This document shows positions 28,096 to 37,922 of a stretch of 64,000 bases of DNA, one piece after another. How positions within the stretch are numbered: position 1 is the stretch's first letter; the number at the start of each line of letters is the position of its first letter. The stretch covers positions 18,758 through 82,757 of the forward strand of contig DAHVAL010000007.1 of NCBI GenBank assembly GCA_027314645.1. Direction: 5' to 3'. The stretch is from Nitrospirota bacterium. GTDB taxonomy: Bacteria; Nitrospirota; Leptospirillia; Leptospirillales; Leptospirillaceae. Under the pieces are notes generated by a model. That model worked only from the letters and a program-made list of their open reading frames with translations, ran no database searches and was not told where the DNA came from. The position numbers and the translations under genes are program-made.

Positions 28096-29093
28096 TTCCT
28101 TTGCCGTCTCCCGGGGACGGGAAATCCCTCAAGAATCATCACCGCGCATCGCGTTCCCTGTTCGAGCCGGTAGGAGGGCTGCGAATCGGGTTGGGGGAGT
28201 TGGCTGCCGGCTTCGGCAAGCGCGTTGCCTCCCGCCTGCATGCCCAAGAAATCCCCCATGCTCGCTCCCGACCACCCCATCGTGTCGACAGCCTCTCCGC
28301 CAAGCATCAGGCTGTTCTGGGCGACCGAGCGCGCGATGTTCCTCCCCTTGTGCTCCGATACCTCCACCGGAACGCCCTCCCGCCCTCCATGGAGGGCAAA
28401 CCCGGTGGTATGGGCTTCAAAGCCCCCCGGATAAAGGATCCGCACAAACCGGATGCGAAGCCGGTTCTCGCGTGTCACCGCTTCGGGATATCCGAGGATC
28501 TTCGTCCCTTTGGGGAGATGGAACCCGGAGAGCGAGGCGGCGGTCATGCGCGCAATGACGGGAAGCCTGTTTCCCGGACCTTCGACCGTTTTCAGGACCA
28601 CCACATGGAGTTCGCTTCCCGCCGGAATTCGAGAGCCTTCTCCCAAAGCCCCCTGGACGCCGCCGGCCTCTCTCCGGATTTCCTCCGCCTTTCTGGCAAG
28701 CTCTGGAGATTCGGCAAGGGATTTCTTGAGGACGTTTCCGATCGCGGAAAGGACCAACGGGTCGTTTTCCAAGCCTAACCCGCGGTCTTTGGTCGACCCC
28801 GGGCCCCCACCGTCAAGGTAAACGGTCGAGCTGGTGTCGAGCGGATGATTCGGAGGGGCCGGAGTGGACACGCTCCGGGGAAAGGATTCGCCCGTCCTTT
28901 GGGAGGGAATTCGGGGAGGAGGCAGTTCCGAGGAGGCGAGATCGTTCCATCTCATTGGCCCGTTGGAACCAACGGACGCCCCTCCCTGAGAAAACGGGCG
29001 GGATGACCGGCTTCCGGAATGATTGACGGAAAAGATGAGGTAGAGCAGAAGTCCGACAACGGCGCTTCCCCCCAGAAAAAGCCATCGATTCAC
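28092..29093 (-). CDS. T4SS VirB10/TrbI-like protein
   Basis: N-terminal TM LFLGGSAVVGLLLYLIF and a Pro-rich region. C-terminal TrbI-like core IPAGSELHVVVLKTVE...LPKGTKILGYPE...RLRIRFVRILYPGG. GTGA overlap with the upstream gene at 29090-29093. Confidence 0.75.
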   Translation of the reverse strand: MNRWLFLGGSAVVGLLLYLIFSVNHSGSRSSRPFSQGGASVGSNGPMRWNDLASSELPPPRIPSQRTGESFPRSVSTPAPPNHPLDTSSTVYLDGGGPGSTKDRGLGLENDPLVLSAIGNVLKKSLAESPELARKAEEIRREAGGVQGALGEGSRIPAGSELHVVVLKTVEGPGNRLPVIARMTAASLSGFHLPKGTKILGYPEAVTRENRLRIRFVRILYPGGFEAHTTGFALHGGREGVPVEVSEHKGRNIARSVAQNSLMLGGEAVDTMGWSGASMGDFLGMQAGGNALAEAGSQLPQPDSQPSYRLEQGTRCAVMILEGFPVPGRRQRK

Positions 29094-30271
29094 CTTTTGC
29101 CTCCCCCCTTCGCCTCAAGGTCCAGGGTCTGGCTTTTCCCCGTCCCGTGATCCACACGAAGTTCGGCAAGGTACCCGTCCCTCGAAGAGGAAAGAGGGGA
29201 AGGATCGGCGGGAAGAAGGGCGCGCGCTTTGGCGTGGGGAGAAATGATCAGCCGGAATTCCCGGCTCCAGTCCTCCCCCTCCACCCATTTTTTCCTCCCT
29301 TCCCAAAACAGGGAGGATCGGAACAGGCGAAGACGGATTCCCGTCAGGGTCACCCGATGGGCGGTCTTATTGGTGATTTCAAAGAGGGCGAACCGGTCCT
29401 TTCCAAGAGCTGAAAACCCTAATAGGTCCGCCCTGATCCCTTCCTTTTCCGACCAGGCTCCGACCGGATCTTCTGCCCCTGCGGACCTCAGGGTCAGGAG
29501 GGCCTGCTCCCGGAGATCCACCTTCTCCCGGACCGCAAGGTCCTTTTCCATCTTTTGTTGAAGAGGGGTTAAGTTGACCACGGTATCGCTCGTGGGAAGA
29601 TAAAATGTCAGGAGGTCGTCCTCGGTCCCTTCCGGCACCACTTTGAGCCGAAAGGCAAATTGGCGGTGAAGCGTGTAAACGATCATGTTCGTGGTGATCC
29701 CCCGATCCCAGGTGATCGGCTTGATTTTGACGCGGCTTCCGAACACCTCTCCAAGGAAGAGTTTTGAATCTCCGAGATACACCTCCTTCGCCGCTTCGGG
29801 AAGATCGATCAAGGTGACATGGGAGACGGCGGTTCGAACGGTATACACCTTCGAAGGGTCGTAGACGACCGTCCGGATTCCTGTATGAGGGGGAACCCGA
29901 CCAGGCGGGGAGCTCCTGGGATCATGCGCGATGCTCTCCCGAATGCGTTCCGGACTGAACACAATTTCGGGATGGTCCAGGTCGGCTCCCAAAACCGGCC
30001 GACCCGGATACCGCTCTTTGGGAGGGGGCGGGGACACGGCTCCTGGAGGAAGAGCGGGCTCGGGGGGAGTAGGAAGATCTCCAAAATGGTCCCCTGTTCC
30101 TCCCCCATCATTCGCCATGGGCGCGACGGGCGGCACGGGCTGTGGCCCCTCCTTCCCTCCCGCCAGGGGTCTCCGGTCGACGGAGGAGCGGGCATCGATC
30201 AGAACCAGCGCCGGAAGAAGAATCACGACCACCGCCACTCCGAATCCGGCCCAAAAGGTGCGGTTCATCAT
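29090..30271 (-). CDS. T4SS VirB9/TrbG/CagX-like protein
   Basis: Signal/TM FWAGFGVAVVVILLPALVL and a Pro-rich spacer. Core VVYDPSKVYTVRTAVSHVTLIDLPEAAKEVYLGDSKLF...KIKPITWDRGITTNMIVYTLHRQFAFRL resembles VirB9. ATGA overlap at 30268-30271. Confidence 0.7.
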   Translation of the reverse strand: MMNRTFWAGFGVAVVVILLPALVLIDARSSVDRRPLAGGKEGPQPVPPVAPMANDGGGTGDHFGDLPTPPEPALPPGAVSPPPPKERYPGRPVLGADLDHPEIVFSPERIRESIAHDPRSSPPGRVPPHTGIRTVVYDPSKVYTVRTAVSHVTLIDLPEAAKEVYLGDSKLFLGEVFGSRVKIKPITWDRGITTNMIVYTLHRQFAFRLKVVPEGTEDDLLTFYLPTSDTVVNLTPLQQKMEKDLAVREKVDLREQALLTLRSAGAEDPVGAWSEKEGIRADLLGFSALGKDRFALFEITNKTAHRVTLTGIRLRLFRSSLFWEGRKKWVEGEDWSREFRLIISPHAKARALLPADPSPLSSSRDGYLAELRVDHGTGKSQTLDLEAKGGGKR

Positions 30272-30945
30272 GGCTTTGCGTCCGTACCAGCCAACGCGGG
30301 AGTTTCTCGATAGTTTTCGACCCAGAGGCCATAAGGATTGAAGACCGTCGGGCCTCCGCGGCGCAGGAGGAGCGTCGCCGCAAATCCGCGGGACTGGCCG
30401 GATCCCCGCCCATACGGATAGGTTGTCCGCTCTCCCGTCACCGCCACCGACCAGACCCCGCTCCGGACTTTTTGCAGTGTCACGTCCTTGACGGAGATCA
30501 CGGTATGAATTCGGGCCTTTTGAACCGTTTCAACGAGATTTTGGACCACGATCGCTCTCTTCATGCGGGCTCGGAGGTCAGGGGTCATGACCAGAAGGGC
30601 CTTTTCAAGGCGATAGGAGATCTCGAAGGAGTCGTACGCGGTCAGGTCGGAGAGAAATCCCGTGGTGAAATAACGCACGATGCGCTCGAAGTTTTTTTGG
30701 TACACGGGGTCGGATATCCGGCTCAGGACCTGCATATGGCCATCGGAGGACAGGGCGACGATCAACGACCGGTCTGTGGCGAGAACCATCAGGGCCGCGC
30801 CCACAACACCCATCAGGGCCCCGAGTCCCCAGAGGGTGCGCCTGATCCCCCGGAACCCTTTGAGCATTTCCTCGCGGCTCGCGTACGAGGAGGGAATCTC
30901 CCTCAATGGCCCCTCCGCGTTCTCCTCCCAGCTCAAATCCTCCAT
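30268..30945 (-). CDS. T4SS VirB8-like protein
   Basis: Single TM LWGLGALMGVVGAALMVL followed by a periplasmic domain of about 170 aa. It ends in the VirB8 hallmark NPYGLWVENYR (NPxG motif). Confidence 0.8.
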   Translation of the reverse strand: MEDLSWEENAEGPLREIPSSYASREEMLKGFRGIRRTLWGLGALMGVVGAALMVLATDRSLIVALSSDGHMQVLSRISDPVYQKNFERIVRYFTTGFLSDLTAYDSFEISYRLEKALLVMTPDLRARMKRAIVVQNLVETVQKARIHTVISVKDVTLQKVRSGVWSVAVTGERTTYPYGRGSGQSRGFAATLLLRRGGPTVFNPYGLWVENYRETPALAGTDAKP

Positions 30946-30948
30946 CTC

Positions 30949-32166
30949 CTAGCTCCCATTTTTTCCTGGATCCCCGTTCTCTCCGCCCGCCTTCCCCTTC
31001 TTCGGCCCCTGCGACCGATCGTCCGCCTTCTTTCTCCGTGCCGGCGTCTTGCGTTTTGGCCGATCCGGCATGGGCCCGGGAGCCTCTTTCGACGCCGTTT
31101 TATCAGAGCGGACCTTCCTGGCCCTGGGCTTAGGCCCCTCCTGAGGGTCCTTTCCGCTGGAGGCCTTTTTTCCCGGACTCTTTTCTTTTGGAGTCCGTTG
31201 CCAGATCATGCTCGTAAAGTCCATGGGACCGATCCTCAGCTGCTTTTTCCGGTAGACTCTCCGCCCTTGCCCGAGATCCTTCGTCGTGGTGCCTGTTTTG
31301 AACTCCCCCATGCCAAACGGAAGCTCGCCTTTGAGCAAGGGCTTGGACACGACATTGTGCCAAAGAGATCGGCCCAGGGATTCGGCCTGCGGCCCGACAA
31401 ACGACCCGATCCCTTCGTAGGAGCGATCCAGGAGAAGGTGGGTCAGGATGGGAACGAAGAGAATCATCAAGACAAGGACCAGAAGGATTCCGATCTCGAG
31501 GACACGGTTCACCATGGCGCTTGGCATGGAGCCCCCCGAAAGGGCCTGGTAGAGATTGATCGAGGAGAAAATCCCGATGAGGAGATTGTGGAACAGCAGC
31601 CAGAGGCTGATCTCGAGAGTGTTGCGCGCCCATTGTCCGGCCAGGAAGAAAAGTCCCGGAATCACGGCCACGCTGAACAGAAGCGGCCCGACGATATAGA
31701 GAAATCCCAAAAGGGCATACCGCACGAGAGAGAACGCGAGGACGATCACCTTGAGCCCGTCGAGGAGCACGAGGTAGAGGATTCCCATGGGGTCGGACAA
31801 AAACCCGGCAAAGGATCCCGCCGATCCGGGAATCAACGGCGATTGCCAGATGCGTTCGTAAAAGGCCAGAACGAGTGAACTCGGGTAGAGAGATTGCGCC
31901 AGGGCCCCCACGAGTGTGACCCCCTCCTCGAACCAGCTGTCGTATCCGGATATTCCCATGACGATGAACAGGAAGCGGAGCAGGTCTGAAAATACGCGCT
32001 CTCCGTTTTTGAGCTTGAGCCAAAAGAGAAGAATGGCGATGGGAAGGCTCACGAAGAGAAGAACCCGGGTCAGAGAGAGCATCTGCTGCCGGACGGGAAA
32101 GAGGACGCAGGGAATGGTCGCGGAATCCTGGAAGACCAAAAGGCCCTGGGTGGAGGGACACGTCAT
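30949..32166 (-). CDS. T4SS VirB6/TrbL-like polytopic membrane protein with a long basic C-terminal tail
   Basis: Multiple TM segments (LLFVSLPIAILLFWL, ILYLVLLDGLKVIVLAFSL, LLFSVAVIPGLFFLAG, ILLVLVLMILFVPIL) and the VirB6 position in the operon. The last 107 aa or so are Lys/Arg/Pro-rich. Confidence 0.65.
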   Translation of the reverse strand: MTCPSTQGLLVFQDSATIPCVLFPVRQQMLSLTRVLLFVSLPIAILLFWLKLKNGERVFSDLLRFLFIVMGISGYDSWFEEGVTLVGALAQSLYPSSLVLAFYERIWQSPLIPGSAGSFAGFLSDPMGILYLVLLDGLKVIVLAFSLVRYALLGFLYIVGPLLFSVAVIPGLFFLAGQWARNTLEISLWLLFHNLLIGIFSSINLYQALSGGSMPSAMVNRVLEIGILLVLVLMILFVPILTHLLLDRSYEGIGSFVGPQAESLGRSLWHNVVSKPLLKGELPFGMGEFKTGTTTKDLGQGRRVYRKKQLRIGPMDFTSMIWQRTPKEKSPGKKASSGKDPQEGPKPRARKVRSDKTASKEAPGPMPDRPKRKTPARRKKADDRSQGPKKGKAGGENGDPGKNGS

Positions 32167-32179
32167 CTAAGCCGGGCGC

Positions 32180-32764
32180 CTACCGGACCATGATCCATTG
32201 GGGAAGATCGATCCGCAAGACTTCCTGGTCGCGCAAATTGTCCGCGTGGAACTGATCGAGAACCGTTCCCTTGAGGCCCGATCGCGCGGACTGCACCTTG
32301 AGAAGATAGAGGAGGTCCTGATGAATGTTGACCAGGGTCTGGAACATTCGCCCTTCCATGTCCGCCGAGAGCCTTAGCGCTCCCTCGGGGCTTGCCCGAT
32401 AGGCAAGATCATGGACGGAGCTTCCGGAGGAATATTGGGCTTCGACCTGCGGGAGTCCGCTCATCGCCTGGCCGAGGCCTTCCGCCGCGGATTGGGTGAC
32501 CCCCGCCACTCCTCCGGCGGGGGCGGGGGCGGCCGGAGAATCATTTGGGATGGGGGGAAGCACCGGCGTGCTGTAAAAATCGATTCCTTTATTTTTTTCC
32601 TGGAACATTCCCTGCAATCGGCTCATTGTCACCCGCATCTGGTTTCCGACCCACAGGATTCGGGACTCGATGACGGTATCGGGTCCCGGGAGGATCCCCG
32701 CGGTCGCGGATCCGGGAAAAAATAAGACGAGCCCCCCGCCAATGAGCACGAAAATCCGTTTCAC
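32180..32764 (-). CDS. Secreted protein in the VirB5/TrbJ position
   Basis: GTG 32764 overlaps the VirB4 stop (GTGA at 32761-32764); the track ORF 32180..33115 extends into virB4 and I consider that extension spurious. Signal peptide KRIFVLIGGGLVLFFPGSATA. The function is assigned from position only. Confidence 0.5.
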   Translation of the reverse strand: MKRIFVLIGGGLVLFFPGSATAGILPGPDTVIESRILWVGNQMRVTMSRLQGMFQEKNKGIDFYSTPVLPPIPNDSPAAPAPAGGVAGVTQSAAEGLGQAMSGLPQVEAQYSSGSSVHDLAYRASPEGALRLSADMEGRMFQTLVNIHQDLLYLLKVQSARSGLKGTVLDQFHADNLRDQEVLRIDLPQWIMVR

Positions 32765-35268
32765 CTCCGTTCTCCTTCCCTCTCCCAGCGTTTTACGGAG
32801 AGAGCGAGAAGCCCTTCGAACATGGATCGCCCGGGATCGAGTTCCTGTTCGATCATGCGGTCTTCTTCGGGGGAGCGTGCGGCGATCACGTATTCGAGCG
32901 GGGACGGCTCGAGCCGCAAGACCCCTCTCCGGGCTCCCATGGTGAGGTAGCACTCCGCATAGTCGCCTCGCACAAACTCGAGGCTGTCGATAATGGCGAT
33001 TTCGCGGTCGGAAAGCCCGATCCTTCGATAGGTTTCCGGAAGAACCGAGCAGGGAAAGATCCACTTCCAGGAGGAATTTCCGAGGATCCCCCCTTCCCGG
33101 CCCTCTTCTAGCCAATCTTCGGGAGACTGGCTCATGGCGATCACCCCTCCTCCGAATTTGCGGGCGGTGCGATACATGTGCTCAAGGAACCCGGTTCCCC
33201 GAAACTGGGTCATCAGACGATGGGCTTCGTCAAAGACAAAATAAAGGCGCCGGTTCTTCTCCCGGAAAAGGCGCTCCATCGAAATTCCTGCAATGAAGGC
33301 AAAGACGATCCCCCGAAGGGCCTCCTGCCGGTCAAGGCCCGAGAGGTCGAAGGCCAAAATCCTGGATTTCGAGACAAATCCCCTGGAATTGTTGAAGAGA
33401 GGGGCGTACAGGCCGGTGGCCCACGCTTCCAGGGTTTTTGCCATCCTCTGGGAGACCTCCTCATCTTCGGCATCACGCCCCCGGAAGGCGTAGAGGGTCC
33501 GAACGAGATCGGTCAGACAAGGGCGTTCCTCCGGGTCGGGGAGGCGGTCATAAAGATCTCCCAAACATTGGGCGAGAATCTTCCGGTGGAGAGGGAGCAC
33601 CGGATGGGAGGTGATCAGGAAGGTTTCGATCAGGGCGACGAGAAATCCCATCCAGTCCGGATCATAGAGCCCGCCCTCTCTGGCAAGGTCGCTTCGAAGG
33701 GGAAAGGGATTGAGAGAAAACGACCCCGAAAGATCGATGCGGACATAGTCTCCCCCCATGAATCGGGCCAATCGTTCGAAGTCTCCCCCATTCTCGACGA
33801 TAATGGTCTGGTGCCGGGGATCGGCAACCAGGAACTGGCAGAGCATGAGCTTTACGCCAAAGGACTTTCCTGACCCGGACCGGCCCATCACCACCCCGTT
33901 GGCGTTGGGAAGCTCCCGGCTCCAAAGGTTGAGCCCCAGGATTTCCTGCCGATGGTTCTTCGTGAGGAACCAGGGATCGTCCTGATCCGGAAAACGGTCC
34001 CAAACGGGAACGAAACGAGCGGTCTGGGAAGAGGTCATCAGTTCCCACCGGTCGTTCGCATCCCCGTCGAGGGGGAACTGGCTTCGAAACAGCGGCCACT
34101 GGCGGAAGGGCTCAGGCGGCACCAACGCCCCGTCGGCCTCTCCGAAATTTCTGAGCGCCTGCATGCCCGATTCGGAGAGAGATTTCCGCTCGGAGTGCCA
34201 GTATCCGAAGGTGAGATTGGCGATAAAGGGAGCCCCTTCTTCTTCCGGCCCCTCGTGCATTCCCCGAAGAAAGTGCTCCTGTTCTGCGATCACGGATTCG
34301 AGCCGATAGGAGGTTCCGGGCAAAAGCAGGGTGAGGAATCGGTTGATCGTCGCATTCGTTTGAACCGATCGGCTTGCGAGCGAACGATCGGGCTTAAAGA
34401 GATTGAGCGTGAGGTCGCAATCAAAATCCGGCCCTTCAAGGATCGGCGCCAGGGTGTCCCGGTGAAAGGCGGCCGGGAGCTGCCGAAGGGCATGGAAACG
34501 CCCCCAAAGGACGGACCCGTCGGGACGAAAGGCCCGAAGGTCTCCGGGAAACTCCTGAAAGGTCGTCTGGAAAAGAGGCGGAAGGCTCCCGCGACGATCC
34601 CCCCGAAAGGGATTTCCGACAATCAGACCTGGATTGGCCCGTTCGGCCAAATGACAGAGGAGCGTTGCTTCATCTGCTCTGTCCGCCTCCATCCCCGCCC
34701 CCGGAAGCAGGGCGAGGACCGTGTTCTCAAGATCCTGGATCTCCCGAAGGCGCCTTTCAAAATTCCCCTCCTTTCTCGATTCCTTCCCCCGTCCGAAGGT
34801 CGGGCCGGCGCGCGGGATAAAGGAGAGCTTGAGGGTCTCTTTTTCGTTCGGGGGATAGCCGATCAGACCCAAGACAAGCCGTCGGCGCCGTGCCGGGCGC
34901 GATTTGAGGTCGCGCAACCGATCTTTTGAGAGCGCCTCGGCGGAGGGGTCATTGTCTGTCCCGCGCATCCCCCTCTCGGGATTTGAGAGACCTTCCGGAT
35001 AGATTCCCGGATGGTCGAACGGTTTCCCGTGACGGACCTCGACACGGAACTGAAGCCCGAATCCTTCGGGAAGATGCGCAAAGAGATTCACAATCCCCCG
35101 ATAGATTTGCGACGACTCCTCCTCGTCCAGCGGGAACATGTTCACCCCTGAAAGGAACAGGAGACGCCCGAGCCTTCCCGTCCGGCCCACCAAGGTGCGC
35201 CCCTCCAGCCGATCGAGATCAAAGAGCCGATGGAGGAGACTCCCTTTCTCCGAGCCCTTACGCCACAA
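32761..35268 (-). CDS. virB4: T4SS ATPase VirB4/TrbE/CagE family
   Basis: 835 aa. Walker A MGRSGSGKSFGVK, Walker B YFVFDEAHRL, and AMSQSPEDW. TTG start at 35268 overlaps the virB3-like gene. Confidence 0.9.
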   Translation of the reverse strand: MWRKGSEKGSLLHRLFDLDRLEGRTLVGRTGRLGRLLFLSGVNMFPLDEEESSQIYRGIVNLFAHLPEGFGLQFRVEVRHGKPFDHPGIYPEGLSNPERGMRGTDNDPSAEALSKDRLRDLKSRPARRRRLVLGLIGYPPNEKETLKLSFIPRAGPTFGRGKESRKEGNFERRLREIQDLENTVLALLPGAGMEADRADEATLLCHLAERANPGLIVGNPFRGDRRGSLPPLFQTTFQEFPGDLRAFRPDGSVLWGRFHALRQLPAAFHRDTLAPILEGPDFDCDLTLNLFKPDRSLASRSVQTNATINRFLTLLLPGTSYRLESVIAEQEHFLRGMHEGPEEEGAPFIANLTFGYWHSERKSLSESGMQALRNFGEADGALVPPEPFRQWPLFRSQFPLDGDANDRWELMTSSQTARFVPVWDRFPDQDDPWFLTKNHRQEILGLNLWSRELPNANGVVMGRSGSGKSFGVKLMLCQFLVADPRHQTIIVENGGDFERLARFMGGDYVRIDLSGSFSLNPFPLRSDLAREGGLYDPDWMGFLVALIETFLITSHPVLPLHRKILAQCLGDLYDRLPDPEERPCLTDLVRTLYAFRGRDAEDEEVSQRMAKTLEAWATGLYAPLFNNSRGFVSKSRILAFDLSGLDRQEALRGIVFAFIAGISMERLFREKNRRLYFVFDEAHRLMTQFRGTGFLEHMYRTARKFGGGVIAMSQSPEDWLEEGREGGILGNSSWKWIFPCSVLPETYRRIGLSDREIAIIDSLEFVRGDYAECYLTMGARRGVLRLEPSPLEYVIAARSPEEDRMIEQELDPGRSMFEGLLALSVKRWEREGERR

Positions 35269-35503
35269 AGTAGACTCGGTTCCTGAGATGGTAGAGCACC
35301 ATGGCGCGGATGGTCCCCTCCCCCGTTTTTCTGACCCAGAATAAGCCGATCATGGAAAGCCCCAGGGCAAAACATAAAAAAACCAGATTAAGCCCTGTCA
35401 GAAATCCGCCCAGAACCCAGAAGGCCGGAACGCACATGTCCCAAGGGATCAGAAATCGTCCAAGAAGAGGCGTCCTCAGAATGTGGCGGTAAGAAGGGAT
35501 CAT
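35258..35503 (-). CDS. T4SS VirB3/TrbD-like small membrane protein
   Basis: 81 aa from ATG 35503, with an ATGA overlap on the pilin gene stop at 35500-35503. LRTPLLGRFLIPWDM is followed by two hydrophobic segments. Canonical position between B2 and B4. Confidence 0.65.
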   Translation of the reverse strand: MIPSYRHILRTPLLGRFLIPWDMCVPAFWVLGGFLTGLNLVFLCFALGLSMIGLFWVRKTGEGTIRAMVLYHLRNRVYFVA

Positions 35504-35766
35504 AATCCCGCCCAGACTGTCAGGGTATCCCAAATGGCTTTGGACATGAGAACGAGCGCTCCCCCGGCCACGGTCATGACCCCTTGCCGGATGCCATCCG
35601 CGTCATGGCTTTTCATGGCGAACCCTGCCCGGGCCATCCCAAGGATGAACAGGAAGGCTCCCAACCCGTAGACCACAAAATTCGCCACGTTGTTCGCGAA
35701 CGCTGTGATCAGGGGGTTTTCTCCAAAATTGTCGACGAAGATATTGATTAACCTGGCATGCGGCAT
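35500..35766 (-). CDS. T4SS VirB2/TrbC-like pilin
   Basis: 88 aa with GGGAGGG 5 nt upstream of the ATG. Two hydrophobic helices (ANFVVYGLGAFLFILGMARAGFA and VMTVAGGALVLMSKAIW) as in TrbC/VirB2. It is the first gene of the operon. No obvious signal peptide in this frame. Confidence 0.6.
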   Translation of the reverse strand: MPHARLINIFVDNFGENPLITAFANNVANFVVYGLGAFLFILGMARAGFAMKSHDADGIRQGVMTVAGGALVLMSKAIWDTLTVWAGL

Positions 35767-36330
35767 TTTTCCCTCCCGGCTCGGGGAAAAGCAAGGAGAG
35801 TGCCAACAACCAAGCTAGCGATAAATATATATTTTTTAACTTCCCCCTCGCGTCATCTGAGACAATCTTGAACACACCTTCAGGATAAGATCTTTCAACA
35901 TCCGGCGAATACGCGCTTTCCCACCCTTCAGAAATGACATAAAGATAATGATTCTCATAATCACAACTGGAATAATTTTTCGCACACTCCATACTCTTGC
36001 AACTGGTTTTCGTCAAAGATATAATGGCAGAGTTTTGAAAAAGGCAGAGTGAATCCGCACGACTCAATATGACTTTCCGCACATCACTGCAGCGTGCTCT
36101 GAGATTCAAATGGCCCGCGTTCTGCCAGCCTGACAATGGGGTCGGGGCATCTAAACAGAACGACGGGGGTCATGAAGAGAAGGCCTCTCGATCAACGGCG
36201 AATCGATGGGTTTTCCATCCTCCCTCGATCACTTTCCAAAGGCACTCTTCCTAAAAACCGGGTTCCTCCCATGCATGATCAGACATGCATCGGACCCATC
36301 TATCATTCCATTCACCGAGGAGGGAATTCC

Positions 36331-37581
<1,251 letters not shown>

Positions 37582-37605
37582 GGCGTGAGGAAATGTTCCA
37601 GAGAA

Positions 37606-37632
37606 GGGAGCCAACGGCTCCCTTTTTTTTTT
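37606..37632 (+). terminator. Rho-independent terminator of icd
   Basis: Stem GGGAGCC (37606-37612), loop AAC, stem GGCTCCC (37616-37622), followed by a T10 run (37623-37632). Confidence 0.8.
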
Positions 37633-37922
37633 ACATCAAATTCCATCCTTAAAAGAAGTCGCGATCATATCCTAAGCCACAGGAATGGGAGCGAAATACC
37701 TTAAGGGAGGGCGCTTACTTTTTTCCCCAGGCTGTCGAGGATTTCATGAGGCCCCCGATAACTCCCTGTTGAGGTCTCTCGAAGGAGAACCGATCTTTAG
37801 AGACGACAGGAAGGATTTTTTAGGGAAAGATTGCCAAGAATCGAGATCCGATGCTACGATTTTGAAATCGGTCCCGTCTGACATCTGTTTAGGCCGCACT
37901 GTCCCTCCCCCGGAGAATCTCC

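Larger units (their letters stand above)
26521..36060. other. Candidate accessory block (T4SS-like locus with its convergent small gene), bounded by AT-rich junctions and lying between hemW and icd
   Basis: Hand count of line 26521-26580 gives 8/60 G+C. Lines 35821 and 35941 give 21/60 and 20/60, against about 60% in the flanks. I could find no integrase, tRNA or direct repeats at the edges. Confidence 0.4.

Noticed and set aside
30142-31878. 578-aa + strand ORF, and the 343-aa ORF 31130..32161 (-), across the VirB8/VirB6 region
   Set aside because: They are antisense or alternative-frame to genes with diagnostic motifs (the VirB8 NPYG motif, polytopic VirB6). Their translations are Arg/Pro/Gly-rich with no structure-like pattern. 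Shadow ORFs.
32765-33115. N-terminal 117 codons of track ORF 32180..33115 as part of the VirB5-position gene
   Set aside because: This part overlaps the 3' end of virB4 in another frame and is Arg-rich. A GTG at 32764 overlapping the virB4 stop gives a protein that starts directly with a signal peptide.
35755-35775. Programmed ribosomal frameshift joining the upstream signal-peptide-like frame to the pilin frame at GGGAAAAAT
   Set aside because: In the upstream zero frame the codons are GGA GGG AAA AAT. This does not form an X XXY YYZ -1 slippery heptamer. The required shift is +1 with no recognisable stimulator. The pilin ATG also has its own strong Shine-Dalgarno sequence.
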